Made by a program: the position numbers and the translations under genes
Shown here: positions 17,740-27,432 of the stretch, in pieces
Numbering within the stretch: the stretch's first letter is position 1
Layout of the letters: the number at the start of each line of letters is the position of its first letter
Assembly: GCA_042217695.1 (NCBI GenBank)
Contig: JBDGSE010000031.1
Coordinates: 1-57,219 of the forward strand
Direction: 5' to 3'
Length of the DNA: 57,219 bases
Source of the DNA: Candidatus Nanohaloarchaea archaeon
GTDB lineage: Archaea > Nanohalarchaeota > Nanosalinia > Nanosalinales > Nanosalinaceae
Notes under the pieces: model-generated
Databases searched by the model: none
The model's input: only the letters and a program-made list of their open reading frames with translations
What the model was told of the DNA's origin: nothing

Positions 17740-19941
17740 TTATTTGCGGCCGTTCAGCTTTCGGTAACCTATTTCCGAGATGAAAACCAGCAGTGCCGCT
17801 GCCAGGAGGTATGGAGAGGCGCTCCTCTTGACGCTTACTTTTTTACTGCCGAACTCCTTCAGGTCATCCTTTATCTCTCCGGTCTCCGACAGCCTGTAGA
17901 CCTCGCCACCTGTTTCAGCGGCGAGAGATGATAGCCGGTCGCTGTAGCCTATCTCTTCCAGCTCCGGACGGTAGTTATACGCGTAGGGGAGACCTTGATA
18001 GCTGTGGAAACCAAGTCTCTCCGGGTCCAGTGTCTTCGTGTAAAGCCGTTCGCCCTGTTTTTTCAGGCCCTGTACCGGGTATGACGCCCTGACGACCGGG
18101 CTCTCTCCGCGGCGGGCTGACTCGACCTCGGCCCACTCGTCCTCCTTCCTTTTTGGATCTCCGACCGCCCAGCTCAGGCTCCTGACCGCGAGCGAGGGTT
18201 CCTCTCTCCGGATAGCCCGGAGATCGCGGGTATCGGCGGAGAAAGCTGCCACACGACCCAGACCGTATCGCCAGGTGGCCAGTACAGGGTTACCGGAGGA
18301 TGAGGCCACCACCAGGTTTGCTCCCTCCCTGAGGGAGACCCTGTCGAACAGCGTTACCTGGCCGGAAAGCCTCTGTTTCCCTGTTATGAAGTGTGTGGGA
18401 TCGGCGTTCACCAGTGTGGAGATCGCGCCCCCTCCGCCCCCTGACTTGAACACGAAGCTGATTGTGTTGGCGTACTCCGCGGAACGGTAGAACCCTCCGC
18501 CTCTCTCGGCGAGGTCCATCAGGAAGTCCGTGTTCGGGTTCTTCCCAACACCCACGACGAAGAGCCGGGCGTCAAGCGAACTGGCGACCTCCAGCGCCGC
18601 GGATTTTACCTCTTTTTTGGCCCTGGCGCGTTCTGTATCGGTGAGGAACGTGGTGAAGTGGCCGTCGGTCATCAGTATTATATTGCCTTTGCCCTCCGAG
18701 AGCTGTTTCGCACCCTTGAGTCCACGGTCGTGGAAGGATACCACGCCGGTTCCCAGGCGCGCTATCTTGTTTTTAAGTCTTTCACGGTTGTATGCAAGGA
18801 CGCGGGGCTGGCTTACGAGGTAAGCCTTGCGGGCGTAGGCCACCGCCCCGACTTTTGCGTTGGCCGGTAGCGAGTCCACAAGCGCGTAGGCGATCTCCTT
18901 GGCCCTTTTGATGTCCTCCTCTGTGCTCTTCGAAACATCTATCGCCAGGATTACGCGGGTGTTCTTTGGTTCGTTTACGTCCGAGGAGGGCTTGAGCGGC
19001 AGTACATTCATCGAGCCGGAGTACTCCCCGGTGTAGACAACTCCGTTGCCCCGGGATACGTACGGTTCGATGTTGCGGGAGGGAACGCTTTTCTTCAGCA
19101 CCGCCGCGTAGTACCTGGACAGGTCCTCCGGAAGCGAGTTCCTGTAGATGAGGTCGAAGAACTTTTTGTACTCTGTCAGACCCTCTTTCTTGCCAACTAC
19201 AAGCACCTCCGGCTTTTCTATCACCCGGACAGTTCTGTAGTAGGCGTTGTTCTGGGAGAACCCGTCATCGGAGCTTAAAACCGCACGGAACCTGTGAACG
19301 CCTTCCGTGGAGAAGCTTCTGCGGAACACTTTCCTCTTCACCCTCCCTTCGAATATCTTCTCCGAATCCAGGTAGACCGTTACATGCGGGGTGAAGTTGC
19401 CGGTGGAGTAGGTCCTTACAGTGTAGCTGTTTTCCGCGCCTGGCACCGTGGTCCCCGGTCCCTCTATGGTGGCCGATGCCTCACGTTCCATCGGAGGTTT
19501 CAGTACGTTCAGCGTCGAGTTCGCTTTCTCGAACTTCTCTGCAAGGCCCTCCAGGGAGGTCTCGGACCGGCCGTCGGATACCAGCAGGTACGACTGGTCG
19601 GGCTTCAGGTTGCGTAGTATGCCGTTCCTCAGGTCGGAGCTGTTCCCACTGGCTATGGTTTTCTTCTTTACCTCGACCTCCTCCAGCCTGAGGCCGCTGT
19701 ACTTCATCAGCGAGGCGGAGAGCGAGCTGTCCTTCAGCACAACCAGCTGCGGCTGGTCCATCCTCTGTTCGGATACCGTTACCTGCGGACCTGCAGCGGC
19801 CAGCACCACTAGAACCAGCAGGAGGGATCTGGAAGCCCCGAGAACCTTTTTGTACCGTTCATCTCTCTTCAGGGCGATGTAGAGCCCCGGGATAGCCACG
19901 GGGAGCAGCGCCAGCAGAACTGTATGTTCGAAGGTTATCAC
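17740..19941 (-). CDS. BatA-like N-terminal anchor + von Willebrand factor A domain membrane protein
   Basis: GTG start in a GTGA overlap with the upstream gene. N-terminus ITFEHTVLLALLPVAIPGLYIALKR, MIDAS ILAIDVSKST, ATWRYGLGRVAAFSADT block, C-terminal TM. Confidence 0.75.
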   Translation of the reverse strand: MITFEHTVLLALLPVAIPGLYIALKRDERYKKVLGASRSLLLVLVVLAAAGPQVTVSEQRMDQPQLVVLKDSSLSASLMKYSGLRLEEVEVKKKTIASGNSSDLRNGILRNLKPDQSYLLVSDGRSETSLEGLAEKFEKANSTLNVLKPPMEREASATIEGPGTTVPGAENSYTVRTYSTGNFTPHVTVYLDSEKIFEGRVKRKVFRRSFSTEGVHRFRAVLSSDDGFSQNNAYYRTVRVIEKPEVLVVGKKEGLTEYKKFFDLIYRNSLPEDLSRYYAAVLKKSVPSRNIEPYVSRGNGVVYTGEYSGSMNVLPLKPSSDVNEPKNTRVILAIDVSKSTEEDIKRAKEIAYALVDSLPANAKVGAVAYARKAYLVSQPRVLAYNRERLKNKIARLGTGVVSFHDRGLKGAKQLSEGKGNIILMTDGHFTTFLTDTERARAKKEVKSAALEVASSLDARLFVVGVGKNPNTDFLMDLAERGGGFYRSAEYANTISFVFKSGGGGGAISTLVNADPTHFITGKQRLSGQVTLFDRVSLREGANLVVASSSGNPVLATWRYGLGRVAAFSADTRDLRAIRREEPSLAVRSLSWAVGDPKRKEDEWAEVESARRGESPVVRASYPVQGLKKQGERLYTKTLDPERLGFHSYQGLPYAYNYRPELEEIGYSDRLSSLAAETGGEVYRLSETGEIKDDLKEFGSKKVSVKRSASPYLLAAALLVFISEIGYRKLNGRK

Positions 19942-21638
19942 CTTATATCACCTGTACGGTATAGGTACAGCATCTCGGTAAGCAACAGCAGAAGCAAGAC
20001 GCCGGAGAGACGGGTTCTGAGGCCTTTCCTGGTTTTGCCCTCTGCCGCATCCTCCAGTTCTGCGCTGGTGTCGTCGAGGGAGGACTCGGAGGGGCTCTCC
20101 ATGTTGGCGGCGTAAACCCCGGAAGAGGTGTTGTAGAACCCGGAGCGCTGAACCTCGACAGTACCTGAACGGGTCTCGCCCGCGGGTGTCTCGATCCTCG
20201 AGGCCTGGATGGTCTCCCCGGTCTCCACGTTGAGCGTTTCCACGTCCTGCCTCCCAAGCAGCTGAGAGTAGATCTCCTTCCAGAAGACCGGGTAGAGGAA
20301 GTCGGCACGGAAATCCTGGTTCTCGATGTTGTAGAACACCATCTCCCCCTTCCCGAGGGATGCATGTACCAGGGCCCCGTCCGGCTGGGAAAGAGAGTCT
20401 CCCCTGGTGAGATTCACCTGGAACACCGAGGTCTGGCCCACGTTTATCCTCCGCGGTTCCTGGAACTCTACGGAGACCTTGCGCCGCCCACCGGTTTTCC
20501 TCACTGGAAGCGAGTCCATCTCACTGAAGACGGTTTCCTGCGCAAATACTATGGCGGATTTCCCGTTCCGCACCTTCTCCTCTACACTGGAGAGGGTCTT
20601 CGGCAGGACGTTGGGTGCGTTGCCCACGACGTAGACGTCTGCCTCAGGGAGACTGGAGATCGGCGGTTGCTCGACCTCCACCGAGGTGAAGTTTATGAGC
20701 TCCGCGGCCTTCGCAAAGTACCGGTTGCCTGTGTCAGATATCACGAATACCTCGAACTGGTTTGCCGGAGGTATGCTTATGTATGCGGTGTTATCCGGCC
20801 GGAAACCATCGTCCTCCAGCGTTACGATGTTCTTTCCAGGCCCTGTCCTGAAGCTGACTGCGGTCACGGCACCGGATCCGATGCTCACCGTCTTCGTGAC
20901 ATCCTGGACGGTCACGTCTACCTGTGCAGTGGTTTCCCCGAAGTTCTTGACCTTTATGCTCGAGGTTTTACCGGGCTCCACGCCGACTATACCCCACGAG
21001 TTCTGGTGGGATACGTGCATCACTTCAACCGGTCTCTGGGCGGATATAGATGTTAAAAGCGGTTCTGCTTTTCCCGAGGTGGTGGTCTGGTCTAAGTCGC
21101 TTGCCACCACCATCGAGCCCCTGTAGCCCTGCGCCGTTTTCAAACCCGAGACTATATCGGTCTCCGTATCCACCGCTTCAAGTCCTGCCAGGTACTCCCT
21201 TACCTGGGATGGAGCCACGTTTTCAAGCGCGACCTGGACATCGTTGTCCACCACTACAAGCGTGTTTTTCTGGCCGAGGTTCTGGCGTATGAAGTTCTTC
21301 GCCTGCTGGAAGCCGGGTTTCATGCTCGCGGATCTGTCAAGGACGAGTACAGCGTTTTCCGGGGTCTCCTCCGCCATGACGAACGGGTTGGCTATCGCCA
21401 CCGCTATCAAAGCCACCACGAACAGGTGGAACAGAAGCATCAGGTTTTTCAGTATCTTTTCGAGAGCGCTTCTTATCCTCCCTGATTCGCGCTGCTCCTG
21501 GAAGAAGCGCAGGGGCGGCATCATCACTTCCTCGGGCTTCGGCTTCACCAGGTAGAAAACTATGACCGGTAGAATGCCGAGGAGGGCCGCCAGTCCGACC
21601 GGGTTCAGGAAATAGTGAGACAGCTGGTTCAGAACCAT
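19938..21638 (-). CDS. BatA-like N-terminal anchor + vWA domain membrane protein
   Basis: N-terminus FLNPVGLAALLGILPVIVFYLVKPKP, MIDAS VLVLDRSASM, C-terminal TM LSGVLLLLLLTEMLYLY. Confidence 0.75.
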   Translation of the reverse strand: MVLNQLSHYFLNPVGLAALLGILPVIVFYLVKPKPEEVMMPPLRFFQEQRESGRIRSALEKILKNLMLLFHLFVVALIAVAIANPFVMAEETPENAVLVLDRSASMKPGFQQAKNFIRQNLGQKNTLVVVDNDVQVALENVAPSQVREYLAGLEAVDTETDIVSGLKTAQGYRGSMVVASDLDQTTTSGKAEPLLTSISAQRPVEVMHVSHQNSWGIVGVEPGKTSSIKVKNFGETTAQVDVTVQDVTKTVSIGSGAVTAVSFRTGPGKNIVTLEDDGFRPDNTAYISIPPANQFEVFVISDTGNRYFAKAAELINFTSVEVEQPPISSLPEADVYVVGNAPNVLPKTLSSVEEKVRNGKSAIVFAQETVFSEMDSLPVRKTGGRRKVSVEFQEPRRINVGQTSVFQVNLTRGDSLSQPDGALVHASLGKGEMVFYNIENQDFRADFLYPVFWKEIYSQLLGRQDVETLNVETGETIQASRIETPAGETRSGTVEVQRSGFYNTSSGVYAANMESPSESSLDDTSAELEDAAEGKTRKGLRTRLSGVLLLLLLTEMLYLYRTGDIR

Positions 21639-21674
21639 CGATGGTAATACTTTCTCGACGAAGTTTTTAGAAGT

Positions 21675-24356
21675 CTAGCTATCGATCCTGTCGAGCACCT
21701 GCTGGTGCAACTGCTGTAGGCGTTCCTTCCTGTCCGACATCCTGATGACGTCCGTGGAGCCCTGGAGAAGCAGGTTATGACTGAACGGCGATGGCACACT
21801 GGAGTCTCTCACCGAGTAATCGATGTCTCCTGAATCGATACCGTCTATAACTTCACGGGCATGTTTTATGTCCATCGCATCCTCCATTATCTCGCGGTAA
21901 GTCTCCTTCAGCATCGGGAAGTCCTCGTCGTACCGGTCCCTTATCGCGGAGAGCAGGAAGTGCCCCTTCATCTGCTGCTGGCCGACCGTTTTCTCGTTGC
22001 CGGCGTAGTTCCTGAGTATCATCAGGGAGCGGCCGGCGACGTGCCGGAACCTGCGTTTCATCAGCTCAGTCTTCTTCACCGCGTCCTTGAGCTCCTCCTC
22101 GGGGTCGATTTTTCCAAGTTCTTCCAGCAGGTCGTCGATGTCTATCGGCCGCCTCGGAGCTATCAGTATAAAACCGTTGTCGTCGATAACCATCCCGACA
22201 TTGGATGATATACGTTCCTGGAGCATGTTAGCCAGTATCCGGGCCAGCGCATCGTGCGTCCTTCTCCCGTAGATAGTCTGGAATATGATGTTCTGGCGGC
22301 CCTCCTCGTCTATGTAGCGCTCGACGGTAACATCCTCGTGTGTCGAGACCTCGCCAAGGTACTGGTACTGCTCCTTGATGTATCCGTAGATGGCCTCAGC
22401 GGTGTTCTCGTCCAGGTAGTAGTTATGCATTATCCACTGGATGATGTCGTCGTCGCCGGCACCCATCTCTATCTGTTTTGCCACGTCCCTCCTGAACTCT
22501 CCTATCCGGATCCCGAGGTCGTATGAGAGCGGTAAACGCTCCGAGTACCATGAGGGTACCGTGGGCTGTTTCTGCGGCTCGGGGTCGACGTAGACCTTCA
22601 TGCCCTTCGCGTATGAAAACCGGTAGGTGGAGCCTCCCAGCGTGAAGATATCTCCCTTCGTCAGACGGTCCAGAAACTCCTCGTCGAGGGAGCCCACGTA
22701 GTCGTTGCTTCCACGGGTTATAACGTCATAGCCGGTCTCGTCGGGTATAGTCCCGATGTTGGTCATGTAGATGACACGGGTCATCTTCCCGGAACGGCCG
22801 AACCGGGAGTCATCCCGGTCCACCCATATCTTCCGGTACACGTTCTGGTCCTCCAGCTCGTAGCGGCCGCCGAGGTACTTCAGTACACGGTTGAAGTCGT
22901 CCCAGTCCAGATCCCTGTAGTTGTAGCTCTTTCTCAGAACGTTGAACGCGTGTTCGATGTTCCAGCGGTGGTTGGTGCCCATCCCCACTATATGCTGCGC
23001 CAGCACATCCAGGGAACCGGTAGGTATCTGTATCCTGTCCAGGTCGTCTTCCTTTGCGCATTTCGTCAATACCGAGCATTCCATCGCGTCATCCCGGTCC
23101 GTGACTATCATCTTGCCCTTCGCGACCTCTCCTATACGGTGTCCTGAGCGACCGATCCGCTGTATCCCTCTCGCCACACCCTTTGGGGAGCCGAGCTGCA
23201 GAACGATGTCAACGGAGCCTATGTCGACGCCGAGTTCCAGCGAGGTGGATGTGACAGCGACCTTCATCTCTCCCTGCTTCAGTTTTTCCTCGACCTTCAG
23301 TCTCTCGTCGCGGGACATCGAGGAATGGTGTGCACCGATGTTTTCATCGTAGGCATCAAAACGTTCCTTCAGGTTGTTCACGACCCTCTCGGTCGCGCTC
23401 CTGGTGTTCGTGAATATTATGGTGGATTCGTGGTCCTGCACCAGGCTGTGGATCTTATCGTAGAGCGCCTCCTGTATCTCCTCTGGAGGCGTGTGTATCA
23501 GATCGCGGACAGGGGAAATAGTCTCCAGGTCGATCTCCTTCGATGCCGCAACGTCCACTATGTTAACGCCCCGGGTCTCGTACTCTTCGCTCTCCAGTTT
23601 CTCCGCCGCCTTCACGTCCTCGTACTCTGTCTCCTCGAGTTCGATATCTTCCTCGGCGTCGTAACCAACCAGGTACTTCCCTATCTCGTCGATGGGGGCC
23701 TGGGTCGCGGAAAGCCCTATCCTCGTGGGGGCGGTGTTCGCCATCTCCTCGAGGCGCTCAAGGGAAAGCGACAGGTGGACGCCGCGCTTGTTCTCGCTCA
23801 GAGAGTGTATCTCGTCTACTATGATGTATTCGACGTTCCGTATCTTCTGGTTGAACTTCGGCGAGTTGAGGACGATGCCAAGGGTTTCCGGCGTTGTTAT
23901 CAGTATGTGGGGCGGGTTTTCCAGCATCTTCGACTTCTCGGAGGATGTGGTGTCTCCGGTCCGTACCGCGGAGCGGACTTCAGGCACATCGTAGCCCATA
24001 TCCTCGGCTTTTTCGCGTATGCCCTCCAGCGGTTCCTCCAGGTTGCGCTGGATGTCGTTGTTCAACGCCTTCAAAGGGGATACATATATGGCGTAGACCT
24101 CGTCCTCCAGATTTCCGTTGTCGCCGCGGCGGAACATGTCGTTCAGTATGGACAGGAAAGCCGACAGAGTTTTACCTGAGCCAGTGGGCGCACATATCAG
24201 CGAGTTTTCGTGCTGGTTTATGAGGTCAAAGGAGTACTTCTGCGGGTCGCTGAGCCCCGAGAACTTCGAGTTGAACCACTCCTTTACGTAGGGCTCGAAG
24301 TCCTCCGGAAGCGATTCAGAGGCTTCCGACTCATCCACGAAGTTTACCCTGCCCAT
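21675..24356 (-). CDS. lhr: Lhr-like ATP-dependent DEAD/DEAH-box helicase
   Basis: APTGSGKTL, IIVDEIHSL, GLSATQ and QRIGRSGH motifs, plus the long C-terminal DEAD-associated region typical of Lhr. Confidence 0.9.
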   Translation of the reverse strand: MGRVNFVDESEASESLPEDFEPYVKEWFNSKFSGLSDPQKYSFDLINQHENSLICAPTGSGKTLSAFLSILNDMFRRGDNGNLEDEVYAIYVSPLKALNNDIQRNLEEPLEGIREKAEDMGYDVPEVRSAVRTGDTTSSEKSKMLENPPHILITTPETLGIVLNSPKFNQKIRNVEYIIVDEIHSLSENKRGVHLSLSLERLEEMANTAPTRIGLSATQAPIDEIGKYLVGYDAEEDIELEETEYEDVKAAEKLESEEYETRGVNIVDVAASKEIDLETISPVRDLIHTPPEEIQEALYDKIHSLVQDHESTIIFTNTRSATERVVNNLKERFDAYDENIGAHHSSMSRDERLKVEEKLKQGEMKVAVTSTSLELGVDIGSVDIVLQLGSPKGVARGIQRIGRSGHRIGEVAKGKMIVTDRDDAMECSVLTKCAKEDDLDRIQIPTGSLDVLAQHIVGMGTNHRWNIEHAFNVLRKSYNYRDLDWDDFNRVLKYLGGRYELEDQNVYRKIWVDRDDSRFGRSGKMTRVIYMTNIGTIPDETGYDVITRGSNDYVGSLDEEFLDRLTKGDIFTLGGSTYRFSYAKGMKVYVDPEPQKQPTVPSWYSERLPLSYDLGIRIGEFRRDVAKQIEMGAGDDDIIQWIMHNYYLDENTAEAIYGYIKEQYQYLGEVSTHEDVTVERYIDEEGRQNIIFQTIYGRRTHDALARILANMLQERISSNVGMVIDDNGFILIAPRRPIDIDDLLEELGKIDPEEELKDAVKKTELMKRRFRHVAGRSLMILRNYAGNEKTVGQQQMKGHFLLSAIRDRYDEDFPMLKETYREIMEDAMDIKHAREVIDGIDSGDIDYSVRDSSVPSPFSHNLLLQGSTDVIRMSDRKERLQQLHQQVLDRIDS

Positions 24357-24394
24357 AACCTTTGAAGCAGTCGTGAATCTTTAAGAATCCTGAA

Positions 24395-25246
24395 TCAGGC
24401 AACGGATTCATCGATATACGAGAACAGGAAGGCTGATAGAGCAGTTATCAGGCCCACGACAGGCTGGAGGGCGGTAAAAGTCAGGATTATAAACGGCACA
24501 AGGATCAGGAACCTTTTACCGGTTAGCTGTGCCTGTACCAGGTCGGAGACCCGTGCAGACATGTTTATATCGTAGCTGTCAAGTCTCTCCCTCATCCTGT
24601 CAGATATCCTTGCAGGTATCTCCGCCCGGGCCTTCTGGAAAGCGTTGTTCACGGCCGACAGGCCTTCAACGCTTAAATCGTCCCTTGAACGGTTTAGGAC
24701 ATAGGCCTGGGTGGCCGTAACCGTGGCGCGGCTGGCCTCCTTCACCAGCGTTACCTGGGCCTTTTTCTGCGCCGACAGTATGTTGCTCTGCTCCACTATC
24801 TGCTGGGACTGGGCTCCGATGGCGTTACCTGTCACGGTCCTGATAGTCTCAGCAACTGCAGGATTGCTGGTGGCCGCATAAAACGTGACACCGGCTACAA
24901 GAATTCCGATGAGGAGCAGAGGTATACGGGTAGAGCTGTAGTAATCCCGGAACCTTTCACCCCCGGCGAATACCGATACAAAGATGTTTCCGAGCGCGGT
25001 TACGACAGCCACCGCCGCCATCTTCTTCCCAAGCGGTATAAACGCCAGTACCAGGAGAGAGGTCAGGGCGGCCTTCTGGAACGATACCCGGGAGATGTAG
25101 GCGGTGTAGCCATAGCTGACAGGCACCAGGGCCAGAAACACCCAGCTAGTATAGTTCGAGGCCTGGACAAGGTACGAGGCAGAAACTGCTATCATCGACA
25201 GCGAGAGCACGACCGCGTACTCCAGGTAATCAGTTTCCTCCGTCAT
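24395..25246 (-). CDS. hypothetical membrane protein
   Basis: 283 aa. About 5 N-terminal TM segments, a central soluble helical region and a C-terminal TM hairpin. No recognisable motif. Confidence 0.6.
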   Translation of the reverse strand: MTEETDYLEYAVVLSLSMIAVSASYLVQASNYTSWVFLALVPVSYGYTAYISRVSFQKAALTSLLVLAFIPLGKKMAAVAVVTALGNIFVSVFAGGERFRDYYSSTRIPLLLIGILVAGVTFYAATSNPAVAETIRTVTGNAIGAQSQQIVEQSNILSAQKKAQVTLVKEASRATVTATQAYVLNRSRDDLSVEGLSAVNNAFQKARAEIPARISDRMRERLDSYDINMSARVSDLVQAQLTGKRFLILVPFIILTFTALQPVVGLITALSAFLFSYIDESVA

Positions 25247-25273
25247 GCCTGTGAGAACATTCCCTTCAGACCT

Positions 25274-26191
25274 TTAAATTCCTAACACACTGGAGTAAAA
25301 ACTTTCAGCTGCTCCGCGGTCACGGGCCTCGACTATCGCCCTGCCAGAGCGGAAAAGCGTGAACTCTCTCCCCGAGATCTCCACCCGCAGAAGATACCTG
25401 TTCTCCGCCATCACCTCTCCCTGTTCCTTCAAACGGGTGAATGCGTCATCGTCTATCTCCCGGTCTACCTGGTACTTGTCCTCTCCACAGACAGAGACAG
25501 CGTCTCCTCCATCGAGGTTCGGGTATCTTTCACCGGCACAGACCTCGCAGCCCGGGTGTTCCAGCTCCAGTTCCTTGCCAGAGGCGAACTCCAGTTTCTC
25601 TTCGACCTCTCTCCCGGCCAGGTATCTCACCGCCTTCTCCGCGGATTTCAGGCCGACCACACCGGCGACCTCTCTCAGGATGCCGGCGGTTTCACAGGTC
25701 TCCAGGGAGCCTGCAGGAACCTTTTCGAACACGCAGTTGAAGCATTTTTCATCGAAGAACGCCGAGTAACCCTGCTCGCCAACGGCCGCGGTGTAAACCC
25801 ACGGCAACCCGTTTTTCTTCGCGTAATCATTTATGGCGAAACGAGTCTCCATGTTGTCGGTGCCGTCAAGTATTATGTCGGCCTCGATAGGGACCGGAAA
25901 GCTTTCCAGCCGGGATTCGACCTCCGTGAAACGGGAGAGATATTCTTCAGCGGCTTTTGCCTTCGGAAAGGCTTTCTCACACTGTTCAGGAGTGTAGATA
26001 TTCGACGAGTAGACATCCTTCAGCTCGAGGTAGTCCCTGTCCACCACCACAAGCTCCACACCGTGACGGGCAAGCGTTTCAGCCATCACCGATCCTGTGG
26101 CCCCCAGACCCACGATAGCGGCCCGCGAGTTCTCCAGTCTACCGAGTTCTTCCTCCCCGAAGTTTTCAAGTGCTTTAAATCGAGAGTACAC
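25274..26191 (-). CDS. ThiF/MoeB/HesA-family E1-like adenylyltransferase
   Basis: YSRFKAL...AAIVGLGATGS nucleotide-binding loop and two CxxC pairs (CFNC, CEVC). I chose the GTG at 26189-26191: the track start at 26305 is TTG, would overlap divergent mscS by 64 nt, and adds non-homologous residues. A shared A/T element lies ~27 nt upstream. Confidence 0.8.
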   Translation of the reverse strand: MYSRFKALENFGEEELGRLENSRAAIVGLGATGSVMAETLARHGVELVVVDRDYLELKDVYSSNIYTPEQCEKAFPKAKAAEEYLSRFTEVESRLESFPVPIEADIILDGTDNMETRFAINDYAKKNGLPWVYTAAVGEQGYSAFFDEKCFNCVFEKVPAGSLETCETAGILREVAGVVGLKSAEKAVRYLAGREVEEKLEFASGKELELEHPGCEVCAGERYPNLDGGDAVSVCGEDKYQVDREIDDDAFTRLKEQGEVMAENRYLLRVEISGREFTLFRSGRAIVEARDRGAAESFYSSVLGI

Positions 26192-26213
26192 GGGTAAAAC
26201 AGGTCTGCGAACC

Positions 26214-26221
26214 TTTTTTAA
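26214..26221. promoter_or_regulatory. shared bidirectional A/T element (thiF-like / mscS)
   Basis: TTTTTTAA lies ~27 nt from GTG 26191 and ~24 nt from ATG 26242. Confidence 0.4.
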
Positions 26222-26241
26222 GATGACTTCATCAGGTTTGT

Positions 26242-27084
26242 ATGATGGCGCTGTACAGCCTGACAGGGATGGCCGCCTCTGGTTCCGGGACGCAGGCAGC
26301 GGCAAAACTCAATTTTGGTCCGAAGACTATAGGTATAGCGCTCGCTGTACTGGTCGCGGCATGGGCCGTAAACAAGGCCTCGAACGTGGTTATAGCCCGT
26401 TCCATCAGACGGGAGCGGGACGACCCGCACGCCATCCGGACCGCCCAGAGACTGTCGGGCTATCTGACCTTTGGCGGCGCTGCGATAGTCATACTTGGAG
26501 TGCTCGGGGTGCCGCTATCCGCACTGGGTACGGCGGTCGGCCTGATAGGCCTTGGACTTTCATTCGCTCTGAAGGATATTATCGCTAACTTTGTCTCCGG
26601 CCTGATGATACTGATAAACAAGCCTTTCAGGATAGGCGACCAGATAGAGATCGAGGGCGAAGCCGGGACCGTGAAGGACATCCGTGTCCGTGCCACGGAC
26701 ATAAAGACCTACGACGGCAGGAAAATGGTGGTCCCGAACTCCAGCCTCTACAGCGAGACAGTCATCAACAACACGGCATACACCCGGAGACGGTTCGACG
26801 TCGTGGTGGGTATCGGCTACGACGAGGACATAGAGGCGGCAAAAGAGCTTGCAGAGGAATCGCTGGAGGAGGCCGAGCATGTCATGGACGACCCGGCACC
26901 CGAGGTACTGGTATCTGAGCTCGGGGGTTCATCAGTGAACCTGAAGCTCAGAGGCTGGACCAACCCGCAGCGCGCCGATCTGAACGAGGCCAGCTCCGAG
27001 GTCACCCAGCTTGTGAAGGAGAAGTACGATGAGGCAGGTATAGACATCCCGTTCCCGATCCGGACGGTCTTCCTGGAAGAGTAG
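26242..27084 (+). CDS. mscS: small-conductance mechanosensitive channel
   Basis: LSFALKDIIANFVSGLMILINKPFRIGDQIEIEGEAGTVKDI...PNSSLYSETVINNT. Confidence 0.85.
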   Translation: MMALYSLTGMAASGSGTQAAAKLNFGPKTIGIALAVLVAAWAVNKASNVVIARSIRRERDDPHAIRTAQRLSGYLTFGGAAIVILGVLGVPLSALGTAVGLIGLGLSFALKDIIANFVSGLMILINKPFRIGDQIEIEGEAGTVKDIRVRATDIKTYDGRKMVVPNSSLYSETVINNTAYTRRRFDVVVGIGYDEDIEAAKELAEESLEEAEHVMDDPAPEVLVSELGGSSVNLKLRGWTNPQRADLNEASSEVTQLVKEKYDEAGIDIPFPIRTVFLEE

Positions 27085-27123
27085 ATGCAAGGTTTCTAAA
27101 GTTTTCACGGAGAATAACCTGGT

Positions 27124-27432
27124 ATGCCTGAAGACATCGATCCCGAGAAGATGGAGGAGATACAAAACTCTCAGGAGACCTGGGTGATAGATTTCTGGGC
27201 GGACTGGTGCCAGCCCTGCCACAAACTGGAGCCCGTGTTCAACGAGGTCGCGGAAGAAGTCGACGCGAACTTCGGAAAGCTGGACATGGAGGAGCACCAG
27301 AGCGTTGGAACCAATCTTGGTATACGAGCGCTGCCCACCATCCTGATAATGCAGGGCGGCGAGGAAGTAAGCCGGCGCTCCGGGGTCATGAAAAAGGATC
27401 AGCTGAAGAGCTGGATCGAGGACAACCTATAG
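27124..27432 (+). CDS. trxA: thioredoxin
   Basis: 102 aa; FWADWCQPCHKL active site (CQPC). Confidence 0.85.
   Translation: MPEDIDPEKMEEIQNSQETWVIDFWADWCQPCHKLEPVFNEVAEEVDANFGKLDMEEHQSVGTNLGIRALPTILIMQGGEEVSRRSGVMKKDQLKSWIEDNL

Noticed and set aside
21861-24223. Numerous 60-280-aa ORFs antisense to lhr, and equivalents inside the protease, thermosome, gatE, gatD, vWA and pilus genes
   Set aside because: These are shadow ORFs typical of GC-biased coding regions. They are embedded in and antisense or out of frame to strongly supported genes, with skewed Arg/Ser/Pro/Val composition.
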